Assembly: GCF_006345805.1 (NCBI RefSeq)
Contig: NC_043008.1
Location: forward strand, 12,710,001 to 12,774,000
Direction of reading: 5' to 3'
Origin: Octopus sinensis
Taxonomy: Eukaryota
DNA length: 64,000 nt
The number at the start of each line of letters is the position of its first letter. The stretch's first letter is position 1. The position numbers and the translations under genes are program-made. Below are positions 12,899-25,525 of the stretch, piece after piece. Below the pieces are notes generated by a model. It ran no database searches, had not been told where the DNA came from, and saw nothing but the letters and a program-made list of their open reading frames with translations.

Positions 12899-13010
12899 GC
12901 CCCGGTAGCACAATCGTTTAGCGCGCCGTACTTATAGACAGTACCTTCCTTGTGTATATCACAAGTCGGGAGATATGCGGAGGTTGTGAGTTCGAGCCTC
13001 ACCCGGGGCA
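12899..13010 (+). tRNA. trnI-UAU: tRNA-Ile(UAU) with 38-nt intron (12937-12974), copy 1; D-loop GG changed to GT
   Basis: Acceptor GCCCCGG/CCGGGGC; anticodon stem CCGTA/TGCGG with loop CT-TAT-A; intron after position 37; T arm GTGAG-TTCGAGC-CTCAC; discriminator A; T8 terminator at 13022-13029. Confidence 0.85.
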
Positions 13011-13331
13011 GCGGTCATCTCTTTTTTTTAAATTGTTGTGAACTGATCACTGTATACAATAATTTCATTATTATTTTTAAAAAAATTTTATTATATGAAT
13101 GTGTGTGTGTGTTGTGTGGATACATATATATGTGTATGTATGTGTGTATATAGATAGATTAATAGACCGATAGGTAAATAGATAGATATAGATGCATATA
13201 TATATATATATATATATAGATATACTTATGTATATATATATTACTATATGTATATATATATATATTATATATGTGTGTGGTGTGTGTGTGTTATATATAT
13301 ATATATATATAATATATAGACATTTGTGTCT

Positions 13332-13444
13332 GCCCCGGTAGCACAATCGGTTAGCGCGCCGTACTTATAGACAGTACCTTCCTTGTGTTATATCACAAGT
13401 CGGGAGATATGCGGAGGTTGTGAGTTCGAGCCTCACCCGGGGCA
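13332..13444 (+). tRNA. trnI-UAU: tRNA-Ile(UAU) with 39-nt intron (13370-13408), copy 2
   Basis: Same cloverleaf with intact D-loop AATCGGTTA (A box) and GTTCGAGC (B box). C32 can pair with the intron G at -3; a poly-T terminator follows. Confidence 0.92.
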
Positions 13445-13668
13445 GCGGTATCTCTTTTTTAATTTGTTGTGAACCTGATCACTGTATACAATAATTTCAT
13501 TATTATTATTTAAAAAAATTTTATTATATGAATGTGTGTGTGTTTGTGTGGATACATATATATGTGTATGTATGTGTGTATATAGATAGATTAATAGACC
13601 GATAGGTAAATAGATAGATATAGATGCATATATATATATATATATATCTTATGTGATATATATATATC

Positions 13669-13724
<56 letters not shown>

Positions 13725-13725
<1 letters not shown>

Positions 13726-14073
13726 GGAGATGTACTCGCATAGCAAGTAATTTGATCTGAGATCGTGTGCTGAAACGAAAACAATTGCAGCGTGGAAGGT
13801 ATTTATAAGTCATTTAAGAAACACACAAAAGCCGTTCGATTCACTTCAAAATTTAAGTTTAATTTGTCAAAATATTTTCGTCGCTAAAATCCGCGACCTG
13901 TTCACTGAGAAAGTAACAGTTCAGATGCAGCACGGATTTTTGTTAGTGAACAGGTCGCGGTCTTAAAGCGATGAAAATATTTTGACAAATTAAACTTAAA
14001 TGTTGAAGTGAATCGAACGGCTTTTGTGTGTTTCTTAAATGGCTTACAAACACCTTCCACGCTGCAATTGTTT
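13725..14073. mobile_element. Fold-back element in (TA)n with ~128-bp arms (13779-13906 / 13945-14073), a hammerhead fold in each arm
   Basis: Arms are near-perfect reverse complements with a 38-nt spacer; (TA)n on both sides. Confidence 0.85.
13941..13987 (+). ncRNA. Minimal hammerhead-like ribozyme, G3-C8 core variant (mirror copy on minus strand at 13864-13910)
   Basis: TGTTA GTGAACA G GTCGC-GGTCTTAAA-GCGAT GAA AATATT T TGACA. Mirror arm: TCTCA GTGAACA G GTCGC-GGATTTTA-GCGAC GAA AATATT T TGACA. Confidence 0.7.
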
Positions 14074-14199
14074 ATATATATATATATGTGTGTGTGTGTG
14101 TATGTGTGTATGTGCGTGTGTATTTATGTATTAAATATTTGTGTACATGTACGTATATTTGTGTGTGTGTGTGTGTGTGTGCGCGCATCTTAATGTCAT

Positions 14200-14370
14200 A
14201 GTGTGTTTGTGCTTGTCCCCACCATCGCTTCGCAGCTTACAGGCCGGGCACAAGAGACCGATAGAATAGACTTCAAAGAAATAATCACGATTCGATGGAC
14301 GAAAACTCTTCAAGACGGGATCCAGCTTGGCCGCAATACAATGACGAAAACAAGTAACAGAACGAAAAAG
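14200..14370 (+). mobile_element. Degenerate 3' half of SINE family A
   Basis: TTGTCCCC.CCATCGCTT...AAGAGACCGATAGAATA...AATGACGAAAACAAGTAA. Confidence 0.45.
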
Positions 14371-15298
14371 CAAAGAAGACACACAGCTAAGACACTACGA
14401 GACGTTTTCTTAGCCACTTCTTTGTTTTTGCTAATTCTTTATAAAAAGAGAAAGAAAAATGTACTTATAAGTATAAATAAACATTTCCATTGTACAATGG
14501 AATGCGGAGACTGTTGTTGAAACATAGAGACAACTTAATGGTTATTACTGCATAGGAAAAATAAAATAAACGTCTAGGAACAAGGAAAAGAAAAATAACG
14601 ACAGCGTCTTTTAAGATCATGAGCATCTTGGAATACGCCACTCACCTCTCCTTTTGTGCGTCTGTAAGTGAGTGTGCATATACGAATGAATGTATGTCAT
14701 TACTCAGTTTATTTCGAGATTTCTCGGCATATTATAGAAAGAACTGGTTTCTAACCTAGTTCCAAGGCACCTTCATTGGACTTTGAACATCAACAGGGTG
14801 TTTTTGTTTGTATGTATATATATATATATATGTATGTATATAAGTATGTATGTATGTATGTATGTATGTATGTATGTATGTATGTATGTATGGATGGATG
14901 GATGGATGGGTGGATGGATGCATGCATGTATGTATTCTCATGCACGTAGTTGCTTATCTAGACATGCTCATATATATATATATATATTTCAATGATAGAT
15001 TTCTATGTTTGTATATGAATGTATAAATGTTCATATACACAGATGTTTATGGGTATATATAAACACATATACATACACATTTTTCTAAAGACATGTATGT
15101 ATGTATGTATATTTACATATATACATATTTTTATAAATGTATACACACCACACATGTATATATGTATATATAAATATAGACACGCAAATATATATATATA
15201 TATGTATATATACATATGTATATGTATATAAATCTATATATACATACATATATATGTATGTATGTGTGTATGTATATACACATTGTTATTAATGTATA

Positions 15299-15457
15299 TA
15301 GGAGTGGCTGTGTGGCAAGAAATTTGCTTTCCCAGCACATGATTCCAGGTTGTGTCCCACGGTGGGACACTTTATGTGGGTGTCTTCTACTATAGTCTCG
15401 GCCCGATCAAAACCTTTTGAGTATATCTGGTAGACTGAAACTGAAAGAAGCCCCTCG

Positions 15458-15460
<3 letters not shown>
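15299..15460 (+). mobile_element. SINE family A, 5' half
   Basis: TAGGAGTGGCTGTGTGGCAAG...GTGTCTTCTACTATAG...GAAACTGAAAGAAGCCC. Confidence 0.75.
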
Positions 15461-15488
<28 letters not shown>

Positions 15489-16210
15489 GAATAAATTTTA
15501 TGATATCCGTATATACTATATGCATATTTTTGCACTGTAATATGCATAACTGAGTTATATATACATGCGTAGATATACATAATACATACACATATATGCA
15601 TACACGCATGGTCACATACACATGCTTATAAAACTACATATATATACACATGACTGTGTGTGTGTGTGTGTGTGTGTATGCTCTAAACATTCTTTCCTTG
15701 TATCATACTTATTCACGCACATACACACACAGACACACCAACAGACACACTCACACACGCACAGACACACACATATAACCTACTCTGAAAATATGGAATC
15801 CATGATGAGAGAGAAGAAAAAACAACAAATATAACAACATATATAACCACATTATCCGACCCGGAGTAATAAGGATAATGCGTACTTTAAACGAAATACA
15901 GACAAAATTGCGAAAAATATACCATGAACTAAATCACCTCACCGGATGTCAACATTAAATTGATTTTCATCTACTCTTCTCTAAGTCTCATCTCAAAGCA
16001 AAGAAAAAACAAAACAAGAAAAAACAAAACAAAATTAAATAATAAAAGACAAAAAAAAAAACAAGTAATTTACGTCTGAAAGCAGAGGAAAAATGGGTAG
16101 AGATAGACACATAGATAGATAGAGAGATAGATAGATAGATATATAGATAGATAGATAGATAGGTAAATAGATAGGTAGAAAGATAGATAGATTAATAGAT
16201 ATATAAATAT

Positions 16211-16290
<80 letters not shown>

Positions 16291-17039
16291 GTAGATAGAT
16301 AGATAGATTGATAAATAGAAAAATAGATATACATACATATACACACACAGACACACACACAAACACATACACATATATATATATTTATAGATAGATACAT
16401 AGGCAGATAAATATATAGATTGCTAAATAGATAGATATACATATATGTGTATACACACACAGATACATGGATACATACGTACATAAAGACTTACGTACAT
16501 ACATACATACATATTTACATACATACATACATACATATTTACATACATACATGTATACATACGTACATATATACATATATACATACATACATACTTAGAT
16601 ACATACATACATACTTAGATACATACATACATACGGGCATACATACACGCATATAAAAAGAGGATAGAGAGAGACAGAACTTCATACAATCGATGAAGGA
16701 AAGGAAAACGTATATGCATTTTAGTTTCCCCGTTTGATAGGACTAACTACAGCCTAACGAGGGAATATCCTGTCAGAAACGTCGAATCTATGGAAACAGA
16801 AATAGATGGAAACTAATTCATATACAAATATATGTATATAAACACAAACACACACATACTTATAGATGTAAATAACTTTCAGAATATATCTGGAAAAAAT
16901 CTTACTAAAATTGCATCAGACGTAGACGTAGGATAAGCTAAAACAACGCGTATACAATTGAATAATAATCAGCACAAACAAGTAAATAAATGTATGCACA
17001 ACAAAGATATACACCTCGGGCAAAGACAGACAGAGGGGA

Positions 17040-17411
17040 AATAGACAAATGGCAGAAAGAGTAGATGAAGGACGAGGAAAGATTGTGTTTGTGTGTGTGT
17101 GAAGGAGAGAGAAAGTAGAATTTGTGTGTCCGTGTGTGTTTGAGAGAAAGGGAGAGAGATAGGGAGGGAGAGAAGAAGATAGCGGAAAAAGAGAAATCAG
17201 AGGAAGAAAGTTTGAGAGGGAGTAATAAAGTGAGACAGGGAAAGAGATAAAAAAAAAACAGGAAGAAAGTGAAAGTGAAAGAACGATAAAGTGGGATAGA
17301 GAAAGAGATTTAGAGAAAGAGACTCAGAGAAAGAGACTGACTACAGGGAGAAAAAGAAAGTGGGATATAGAGAGTGAGAGAGAAAGAGAGAGAGAGAAAA
17401 GAAGGCGAGTG

Positions 17412-17448
<37 letters not shown>

Positions 17449-17780
17449 AAGGCGAGTGTGATAGAAGAGAATGATAGAGAAACAGAAAGGAGAGAGGGTG
17501 AGAATAAGAGAGTGAAGAAAAGAAAGAGAGAGAGAGAGAGAGAGGGGTGTGAGAGTTATAGGTCAAAATCAGAGTGTGAGAAAGTGAGAGATAGAGAGAA
17601 AAACAACAAGAAAGAGAGAGATAGAGAAGGGGGGAGAAAGATAGAGAAAAAGAGAGAGAATGCAAAAGCGTTGAGTTGTAAGATGCTATCAAAAAATGGA
17701 AGACGTTTGCTGACTAAAAGTTGGTTAATAAGTTACAGGATAAAAGAAGGACAACTGAAAAGCGAATGGAATTGGAACTA
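17040..17780. repeat. (GA)n / purine-rich low-complexity tract
   Basis: Visible; source of spurious ERER/SLSL ORFs. Confidence 0.9.
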
Positions 17781-17879
17781 AGAGAGTTTGTGATTGTCCA
17801 AAGAGGTGTAAGGATATGAAGGACAGAGTGCTGTGTGTGAGGATTTATCGAAAGCTAAATAAGCCAGCATGGTTTACTT

Positions 17880-18270
17880 TTTCACTCTTTTACTTGTTTC
17901 AGTCATGTGACTGTGGCCATGGTGGAATACCGCCTTTAGTCGAGCAAATCGACCCCAGGACTTATTCTTTGTAAGCCTATTACTTATTCTACCGGACTCT
18001 TTTGCCGAACCGCTAAGTTACGGGGACGTAAACACACCAGCATCGGTTTACTAGCGATGTTGGTGGGAGGACAAACACAGACACACAAACACACACACAC
18101 GCACATATATATACATATGTACGACGGGCTTCTTTCAGTTTCCGTCTAACAAATCCACTCACAAGTCTTTGGTGGGCCGAGGCTCTAGTAGAAGACACTT
18201 GCCCACGGTGCCACGCAGTAGGACTGAACCTGGAACCATACGGCAACCTACCTACCACCCAGCCACTCCC
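17880..18270 (-). mobile_element. SINE family A, near full length
   Basis: Tail CTCTTTTACTTGTTTCAGTC through head CAGCCACTCC on the plus strand. Confidence 0.85.
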
Positions 18271-18724
18271 ACAAAAGGACAAGAAAAAAGCTGTTGTTTG
18301 CCAAAAAGAATCTTATTTTCGATGGGGGAATTACAATCTCTCCAAGACCAGTAACAACATCAAAGACACCAGCATCACTAGTTCAGTCGCTGCCACCAGG
18401 ATGACAAATGCTACTGCTGTCATCAGACAGACAGATAGGCAGATATAGATATTCATATAAGGGTGTAATTTCCGATTCACTGCAAAAATATATCGTCATA
18501 AAAGATGGAAAAATTTTGTAACATTTGTAGAAAAAAAAAGCGATAGGTGTCTAAGTTAAAATAAAGATAAACACCTAAAAACTACAATTTTATAACTATG
18601 GTTTTTAAAAAGAAAAATCAGAGATACAGCTAGTAGTCATAATATTGCGAATTTCGAATGTTTAATTCGCTCTATCAAGAATATATTTGCTCTGTTGCCA
18701 TGGATTTCTAATAAGCTTATATCT

Positions 18725-19028
18725 CAATAACACCACCAAAACCACCATCACGACCATCATCATGCTCATGATCATGAACATCATCACCATCATCATCACC
18801 ACCATCACCATCATCACCATCATCACCACCATCACCATCATCACCACCATTACCATCATCATCACCATCATCGTCACCATCATCATCATCATCACCACCA
18901 CCATCACCACTACCATCACCATCCTTATCATCATCATCATCATCATCACCATCATCATCACCACCACCACCTTCAACACCACCACCACCACCAACACCAC
19001 CTCCACCACCTCCACCACCATCATCATC

Positions 19029-19060
<32 letters not shown>

Positions 19061-19140
19061 CATCATCACCACCACCACCACCATCACCATCATCACCATC
19101 ATCAACATCACCCTCACCATCATCATCATCATCTGCATTA
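18725..19140. repeat. (CAT/CAC)n compound trinucleotide array
   Basis: Visible; explains ORFs 18662-19153 and 18687-19205. Confidence 0.95.
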
Positions 19141-19687
19141 TCTTAGTCACCATCAGTGTTATTGAACAGGAAGGATGTACTTTTGTTAAGAAGTTGGCAG
19201 TTTAATGATATCTAAAGTTTCTTTATTGATTTCCTGATTTTTATTTTTGCCTTCGTACGTCATTGGTTGCGAGTTTCTTATAGATAATGGCCACCTATTT
19301 AATTCATATTTATTTCCACATCGTATCCCTCTTATCACGCTCCAGTTTCCGAAAACCATTTTGTTTGTCAATTTCTGCTGTTTCGTACGGAATATCCTGT
19401 GTTAACCCTGTACGATTAAATCCTTCGTGTTATCTTGTCCGCTCTGGAAGGTAGCGAGCTCGAATGTCGAAAAAGTTGCTTACCGCCATTTTGTCCGTTT
19501 TGTACGTTTTGAGTTCAAATTCTGTAATTGTTGACCTTTGCTCTCACCATTTCAGAATCGATAAGATATGTACCAGCTGAAAACAGGGGTCTATGTAATA
19601 GCCTAATCCCACCCCAACAACTAACATTGCACCCTTTAAAACTAAGGTACTTTTTACTGTTTTGTAGTGAAATGCTAGATTGCATTT

Positions 19688-20050
19688 AATATTACATCTT
19701 TCGTTTTTGGATTTGGTTTGCAAGATTCTTTATATGAGTTCGTGTGTTGAAGCATTTTCTGTTGTGTCTGGCGAGAGTCATTCTCTTTTAGTGCCTTATT
19801 ATTTAACACACTCACCGGTAAAATTTCCACTTATTTCTTATTTTTATTTTCTAAAATTTTCGTTGCATCTTGCAACCTTTTCAAAAGGGAACGCAGTATA
19901 AATAACGGACAGAATCAAGTCTATTGAAAAGGTTGCAAGACGCAACGAAAATTTTAGAAAAAAAAAATAAGTGGAAATTTTACCGGTGAGTGTGTTTAAT
20001 ATTAAGGCACTAAAAGAGAATGACTCTCCCCAGACACAACAGAATATTAC
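19688..20050. mobile_element. Fold-back element with ~125-bp arms (19757-19884 / 19924-20044) carrying a hammerhead fold
   Basis: Arms are reverse complements; a second family member lies at 56960-57218. Confidence 0.85.
19920..19958 (+). ncRNA. Minimal hammerhead-like ribozyme, U3-A8 core variant
   Basis: TCTA TTGAAAA G GTTGC-AAGAC-GCAAC GAA AATT T TAGA: 4-bp stem I, 5-bp stem II, palindromic stem III. The mirror arm keeps core and stem II but lacks the 5' strand of stem I. Confidence 0.7.
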
Positions 20051-20139
20051 ATCCTTTAATGAACTTAAAACCTATTCCCTGAATATGTGCTGCTGGATTT
20101 GGAGTGCATCTTAGATGTCCGAACATCCTTTAAACATTC

Positions 20140-20538
20140 TACTCTCACTTTTACTCTTTTACTTGTTTCAGTCATTTGACTGCGGCCATGCTGGAGCACC
20201 ACCTTTAGTCGAGCAAATCGACCCCAGGACCTATTCTTTGTAAGCCAAGTACTTATTCTATCCGGCTCTTTTGCCGAACTGCTAAGTTACGGGGACGTAA
20301 ATACACCAGCATCGGATGTCAAGCGACGTTGGCGGGGACAAACACACTTACACACACATACATACATATATACGACGGGATTCTTTCAGTTTCCGTCTAC
20401 CAAATCTACTTAAAAGACTTTGGTCGGCCCGAGGCTATAGTAGAAGACACTTGCCCAAAGTTCCACGCAGTGGAACTGAACCCGGAACCATTTGGCTGAT
20501 AAGCAAGCTACTTACGACACAGCCACTCCTACGCCTAT
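20140..20538 (-). mobile_element. SINE family A, full length
   Basis: Complete tail-to-head match ending CAGCCACTCCTACGCCTAT. Confidence 0.9.
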
Positions 20539-21267
20539 TCTAGCTGCAAATTTTTATAAGACAAATGATCAGGGGAACTCCGTAATTTGCAAGTAATCTT
20601 GTAAGGTTAGCAGATTTTCAACTTTGATTATACTTAGCAATTTCTTAGTCAATTTCTTATACATATAGCAAGCATTTAGAATCACCAAATAGTAAATATT
20701 TTGTAATAGTCTAGGATTGAAAATACCCCTGATGAAAGATATTCCAGCCATGATCATCCCGTCTTTTATCTCAGCATAAAGTATCATACTATAACGTGTT
20801 ATATTAAGGATGACTTCACTGCCATATCTAGCGGCTCAAATGACCATGTAGAGTATCCTTTATTGGTTAGTTACAAATATACGTATCCAGTGCTTAATGC
20901 TTTATAGTTTATCATTTCCCCCCTTTTGCAATGTTCTTTGTAAAGCACTTTCTAACATTCGTTTGTCTGAAGAAGCTATATTTGTGTTGTGCTGGCATTG
21001 TCTATGGAATGACACATTGTCTTTCATCTCTAATTAATGCCTCTCTAATTATCCTCTCTTTTCAATTATTCATTAATTTATTCTTAAACTGATGGCAGAC
21101 GATACTAATTAGAACTCCAATTTTTCACTGTTCTGCTAGTTATAATTCTTAGTTACAACATCTAGTTGCTAAACAATCTTCAGCACTTATTAACGTGTCC
21201 ACTGTAATTTCTGGCAGCACAAAGACACATCTCTACATCTTATTATTTCATGCATAAAGATCAATAT

Positions 21268-21310
<43 letters not shown>

Positions 21311-21334
21311 CATATATATATATATATATTATAT

Positions 21335-21389
<55 letters not shown>

Positions 21390-21660
21390 GTGTATGTATG
21401 TATATCCTAAACATGATTATTATTGCAGATCTCTCTAATATATTATTTCCATTTTACTCAGCTTGGCGATATCTCCACTTTATCACGTAACATCCGCAGT
21501 CGATGGTTTATGATTCCCGTTATTTTGCAGGTATCAGGTTTACATAAGTGTTGGAGTGTAGTTGTTACGACGCACCGCATTGACGAAGGAAATGAAATAT
21601 AGACAACAGTGACAACAACGACAACAACAACAAAAACAACATCAATAATAATAATGATAA

Positions 21661-21943
21661 TACTGGCTGCTCAGTCCTGGCTAAGAAGGAATATATTCAC
21701 AGACACGACAGAGTTGGGGCCTGTATACACTAGAAGCTATGCCAACACGATGGAATAACAACAGAAAAAAGATAGTAAGGGCACATCTCAGAAGGGTCAC
21801 AGAAAATGAGAAAGTAACCATATCCTGGGATATGCCAATACAAAAAAATAGAGAAATCAAGGCTAAGATGTCAGATATAGTTATAAGAGATCAGCAAGAA
21901 AAAATGCCTTTTAATCGATGTATCAATACCAACAGATGAAAAT
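21661..21943 (+). mobile_element. R4/Dong-like LINE fragment (end of zinc knuckle and start of RLE domain)
   Basis: GCSVLAKKEYIHRHDRVG...TENEKVTISWDMPIQKNREIKAKMSDIVIRDQQEK/CLLIDVSIPT; homologous to 41790-42055. Confidence 0.85.
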
Positions 21944-22117
21944 TCTAACTGGGCCTCACCTGCAAGGACATGAGCTGTTTATCTTGATATGAGATAACCA
22001 TGTCGCGCACACATGGTTGTGATGCATGTGCTTGGTGTACCCTTATCAGACGGGTAGTCATGATGGGTAAACTGAGCTTCGTATATCGTAACCCAGTGTC
22101 ACTGCTCTCTCACTCAA
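21938..22117 (+). mobile_element. Family G 3' end with (AAT)n tail
   Basis: AATTCTAACTGGGCCTCACCTGCAAGG...CTGCTCTCTCACTCAATAATAAT, matching 54895-55086. Confidence 0.8.
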
Positions 22118-22129
22118 TAATAATAATGA

Positions 22130-22189
<60 letters not shown>

Positions 22190-22238
22190 ACCACCACCAC
22201 CACCACCACCACCACCACCACCACCACTACTGCTACTG

Positions 22239-22310
<72 letters not shown>

Positions 22311-23580
22311 GTAATAATAATCTTTTATTCGCCTCAGAGTATATATTGCTCCACTTCACTCAGCTGAAAATGAGTAGGTCTGCTAAGGAATGGTATCCCG
22401 ATCAGGAAAGTTTTGTGATCGCCATAGAATCCAGATGGCCATCTCTGTATACCTTAGATCTTGAGGCAATAACGATGAGGATGATAATAATGATGCTGAT
22501 GCAACGAACGTTGAAATAATATAGAAAAATAATGAAATCAAATGCGAGTATTTTCACATCATACTAAACAATCAAACCTCAAAGAAAACTATACTAACGA
22601 AAAGAGGGACACGAGAGAGAGAGAGAGAATAAAGTAAAAGAGGGAGAGAATGAAGAAAGAGAGAGACAGAGAGCTAAAGTTACAAATGTTAAATGCGAAA
22701 AGAATTCAAATCGATAGATCTTTTCATGGAACAACGAAAACACACCCTCAAAGATAAACTTTAACGATACGATAAGAAAAAAACAAGAAACGCATGTTAG
22801 GCCATTATATACTGGATTTAGATACTAAGCATTAATACCAGCGCGATAGAAAACAATAAAACTTATCTATGCTGCGACCACAGTAGTCACGAAGGAAATT
22901 AGATACTTCGTCAAATCTTCTCCTTAAGAAAAACACAGAGAAATGAAGAGAATGAAAGTAGAAACAGCTTTCAGAACTCAAGGTGACCGACAACATAAGA
23001 CAAATATCACGCTACTAAGAAACAAAAACAAATGGAAAATGGCAAGGGAAATAAAGAGACAAGGACTATAGAGAAATCTAAGAGAATAAAGAACCCGAAA
23101 TCAAAATGTCTTAGACAAGAGATCCTTGATAAATCATAAAGAATTCTACGTTACGTAAGTGGTATCACTGCTTTGAACATAGATATAATTCTTTTGAAAT
23201 CCAAGATGTGGTAAAAATACGATAAAATAAAAGGGATATAAGCGCCAGAGCAGAAAGGGAATATTTTTTAGAGATAAGTGTGGACAGCGTATGGATTGCT
23301 ATAAACGGGGATATTAAAAGAGAGGGGGATGGATAAAATGAACAGTAAAGGAATCCTGAGAAGTAAAAATAACATGATCTCGCCCAGATATTTCAGGACG
23401 TAATTCGAATGCGTAAAAGAACCGCAGAGCATTACGTTTCTTAGTAAAAAAAATTTAACAGGTTCATGCACAAGGTTCATGCAACAGCGTCCAATGATCT
23501 ACCAGGATAAAATATGTAAGATAATCCATGAAGCAAAAAAAGAAAAAGAATGAAATAACATAATATTCATATATATTCTT

Positions 23581-23703
23581 TTATTCTCTTACTTGTTTCA
23601 GTCATTTGACTGCAGACATGCTGGAGCATCGCCTTAAAATGTTTTTTGTAGTCGAAGAAATCGACCCCAGGACTTATTTTTTGTAAGCCTGGTACTTATT
23701 CTA
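23581..23703 (-). mobile_element. SINE family A 3' end
   Basis: TTACTTGTTTCAGTCATTTGACTGC...ATCGACCCCAGGACTTATT. Confidence 0.75.
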
Positions 23704-23866
23704 CCACTTCAAAACGTGGAGTAGTTGAAACAGGGACAACTGAAAAAGGGGAATATTCTTTATGTTGTATGTTTCGTTTCGCTGTTTGTTTTTTTTTCGT
23801 TGTTAGAAAAAAGTTCGTTTCTATGTTTTTGTTTTTATGTTTTCGTTTCTCATTGTGTTCAACGCT
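23704..23866 (-). mobile_element. Repeat family D
   Basis: Diverged reverse complement of 56085-56240 (GAAACAGGG...GGGGAATATTC). Confidence 0.6.
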
Positions 23867-23957
23867 TTTTCGATAAATTAAGTACCAGTTGCGTACTGAG
23901 GTCGATATAATCGACTGGCCTCTCCCCCCAAGGGCCGTGTGCCTAGAGTAGAAAAGA
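23867..23957 (+). mobile_element. SINE family B 3' tail
   Basis: TCGATAAATTAAGTACCAGTTGCGTACTG.GGTCGAT.TAATCGACTGGCC. Confidence 0.7.
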
Positions 23958-24329
23958 TTATCATTATTAGTGTTGTTGTTATTATTATTATTATCATTGC
24001 CTTTCACATCTTCTAACGCTGGAAATGTACTACAGAGTCAACTCTTCACTACCATTGAACTAAGGTAACATCTCTCATTTTTCGAGCACCTTCCGGCGTA
24101 TTCGAGCGGTTCCAATCAGTGCTGTTTTCCGCACGTGCTCCACCCTTATTGCAGCCCCTATTTGTTCCACGTTCTTCTCAATATTTTTGCTCACTGTTCC
24201 TAGGGCTCTGACATTTATTGGTACTATAACCACCTTTTTCATCGACCAAAACTGCTTTACTCCCCAAGGTAACCTGTCATATCTATCGACTTCCCTTTCT
24301 TCCTTATCGCATGCCTTGTTGCTAGCTGG

Positions 24330-24362
24330 GCATTGCTATTATTATTATTATTATTATTATTA

Positions 24363-24414
<52 letters not shown>

Positions 24415-24750
24415 GTTGTTGTGTTGTTGTTGTTGTTGTTATTATTATTATTATTATTATCATCATAATCTTTATTATTGTTGTTGTTGTTATTATTATT
24501 ATTGTCATTGTCATCATCATCATCATCATCATCATTATGATTATTATCATTATGATTATTATTATTAGTATTATTTTTATCGTCAACATTATCATCATCA
24601 TCATCATCATCTTCATCGTCATCATCATCATCCTCATCATCGTCGTCATCATCATCATCATCATTATTGTTGCTGTTATTCTTCTTCTTCTGCTTCTTCT
24701 TCTTCTCTTCTTCTTCTTCTTATTATTATTATTATTATTTATTACATAAA
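24330..24750. repeat. Compound (TAT/TGT/CAT/CTT)n array
   Basis: Visible. Confidence 0.95.
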
Positions 24751-25525
24751 AGAAACAGCTGTAACTATAGAAAGTACTGAAACATTAAATTATTTTTTTT
24801 TGAACTCATTGTTTCGTTGTTAATTTTGATTCCGAGTACAATTCTAAGGAAAACAAACAACAGCAACAACAAAAACAACAACCACCACAACAACAACAAT
24901 AATGACAATAGCTATAATGACAACAATAAAGAAAAACAACAACCAGAAAACGCTGCAAGAACAAAACGGCGACGTGAAAGGAACATGCACCGCAGTAATT
25001 AGCACACGAACAAACTAAATGGGAGTTACATCCTGTTGAACTCAATTATAAGTTTATTTCGCAGTCAGAGTCAGAGCATGCATTAGCAACAAAAGATGTA
25101 TATGTGCCTAAGGGCAATGACAGGATAGAACTGAAGATTTCTTTCTTGCAAACAAATACTGCTTAGAGATGGATTAAAAACGGAATTAGGTGTAGAGAAG
25201 AAATCAATTTTCTAATTATATGTTTATCAAAATATTTTGATATTTCTCGCTGTATTGTAAACTATTGCATATTTCTTACGGATTAATAATTGAAGATGAC
25301 AAAATTTAAATCAGATCGGATAAGAGAAACAAACAAACAAACAATAGCACAAACAAACAAAGAGTACAATAAAAGAAGAAAAACAGCCTTAGCTGTCTTG
25401 AAAGAGGAAAAAAAAATGAAATGTAAAGAAATTAAAATTGCATATTATTTTTAAAGAATATGGAAAAATACAATAAGTTATTCGAAAAGCCGGAGCAGTC
25501 GAGTCGTATGATGGTGATGATGATG

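Larger units (their letters stand above)
12850..13700 (+). repeat. Tandem duplication, unit ~433 bp, each unit containing the tRNA-Ile gene
   Basis: TAGACATTTGTGTCT-tRNA-...-GATAGGTAAATAGATAGATATAGATGCATA occurs twice; the tRNA starts are 433 bp apart. Confidence 0.9.

Noticed and set aside
22750-23100. KLIYAATTVVTKEI peptide resembling the N-terminal region of R4-like LINEs
   Set aside because: Single short motif; the surrounding frames are too degraded to confirm.
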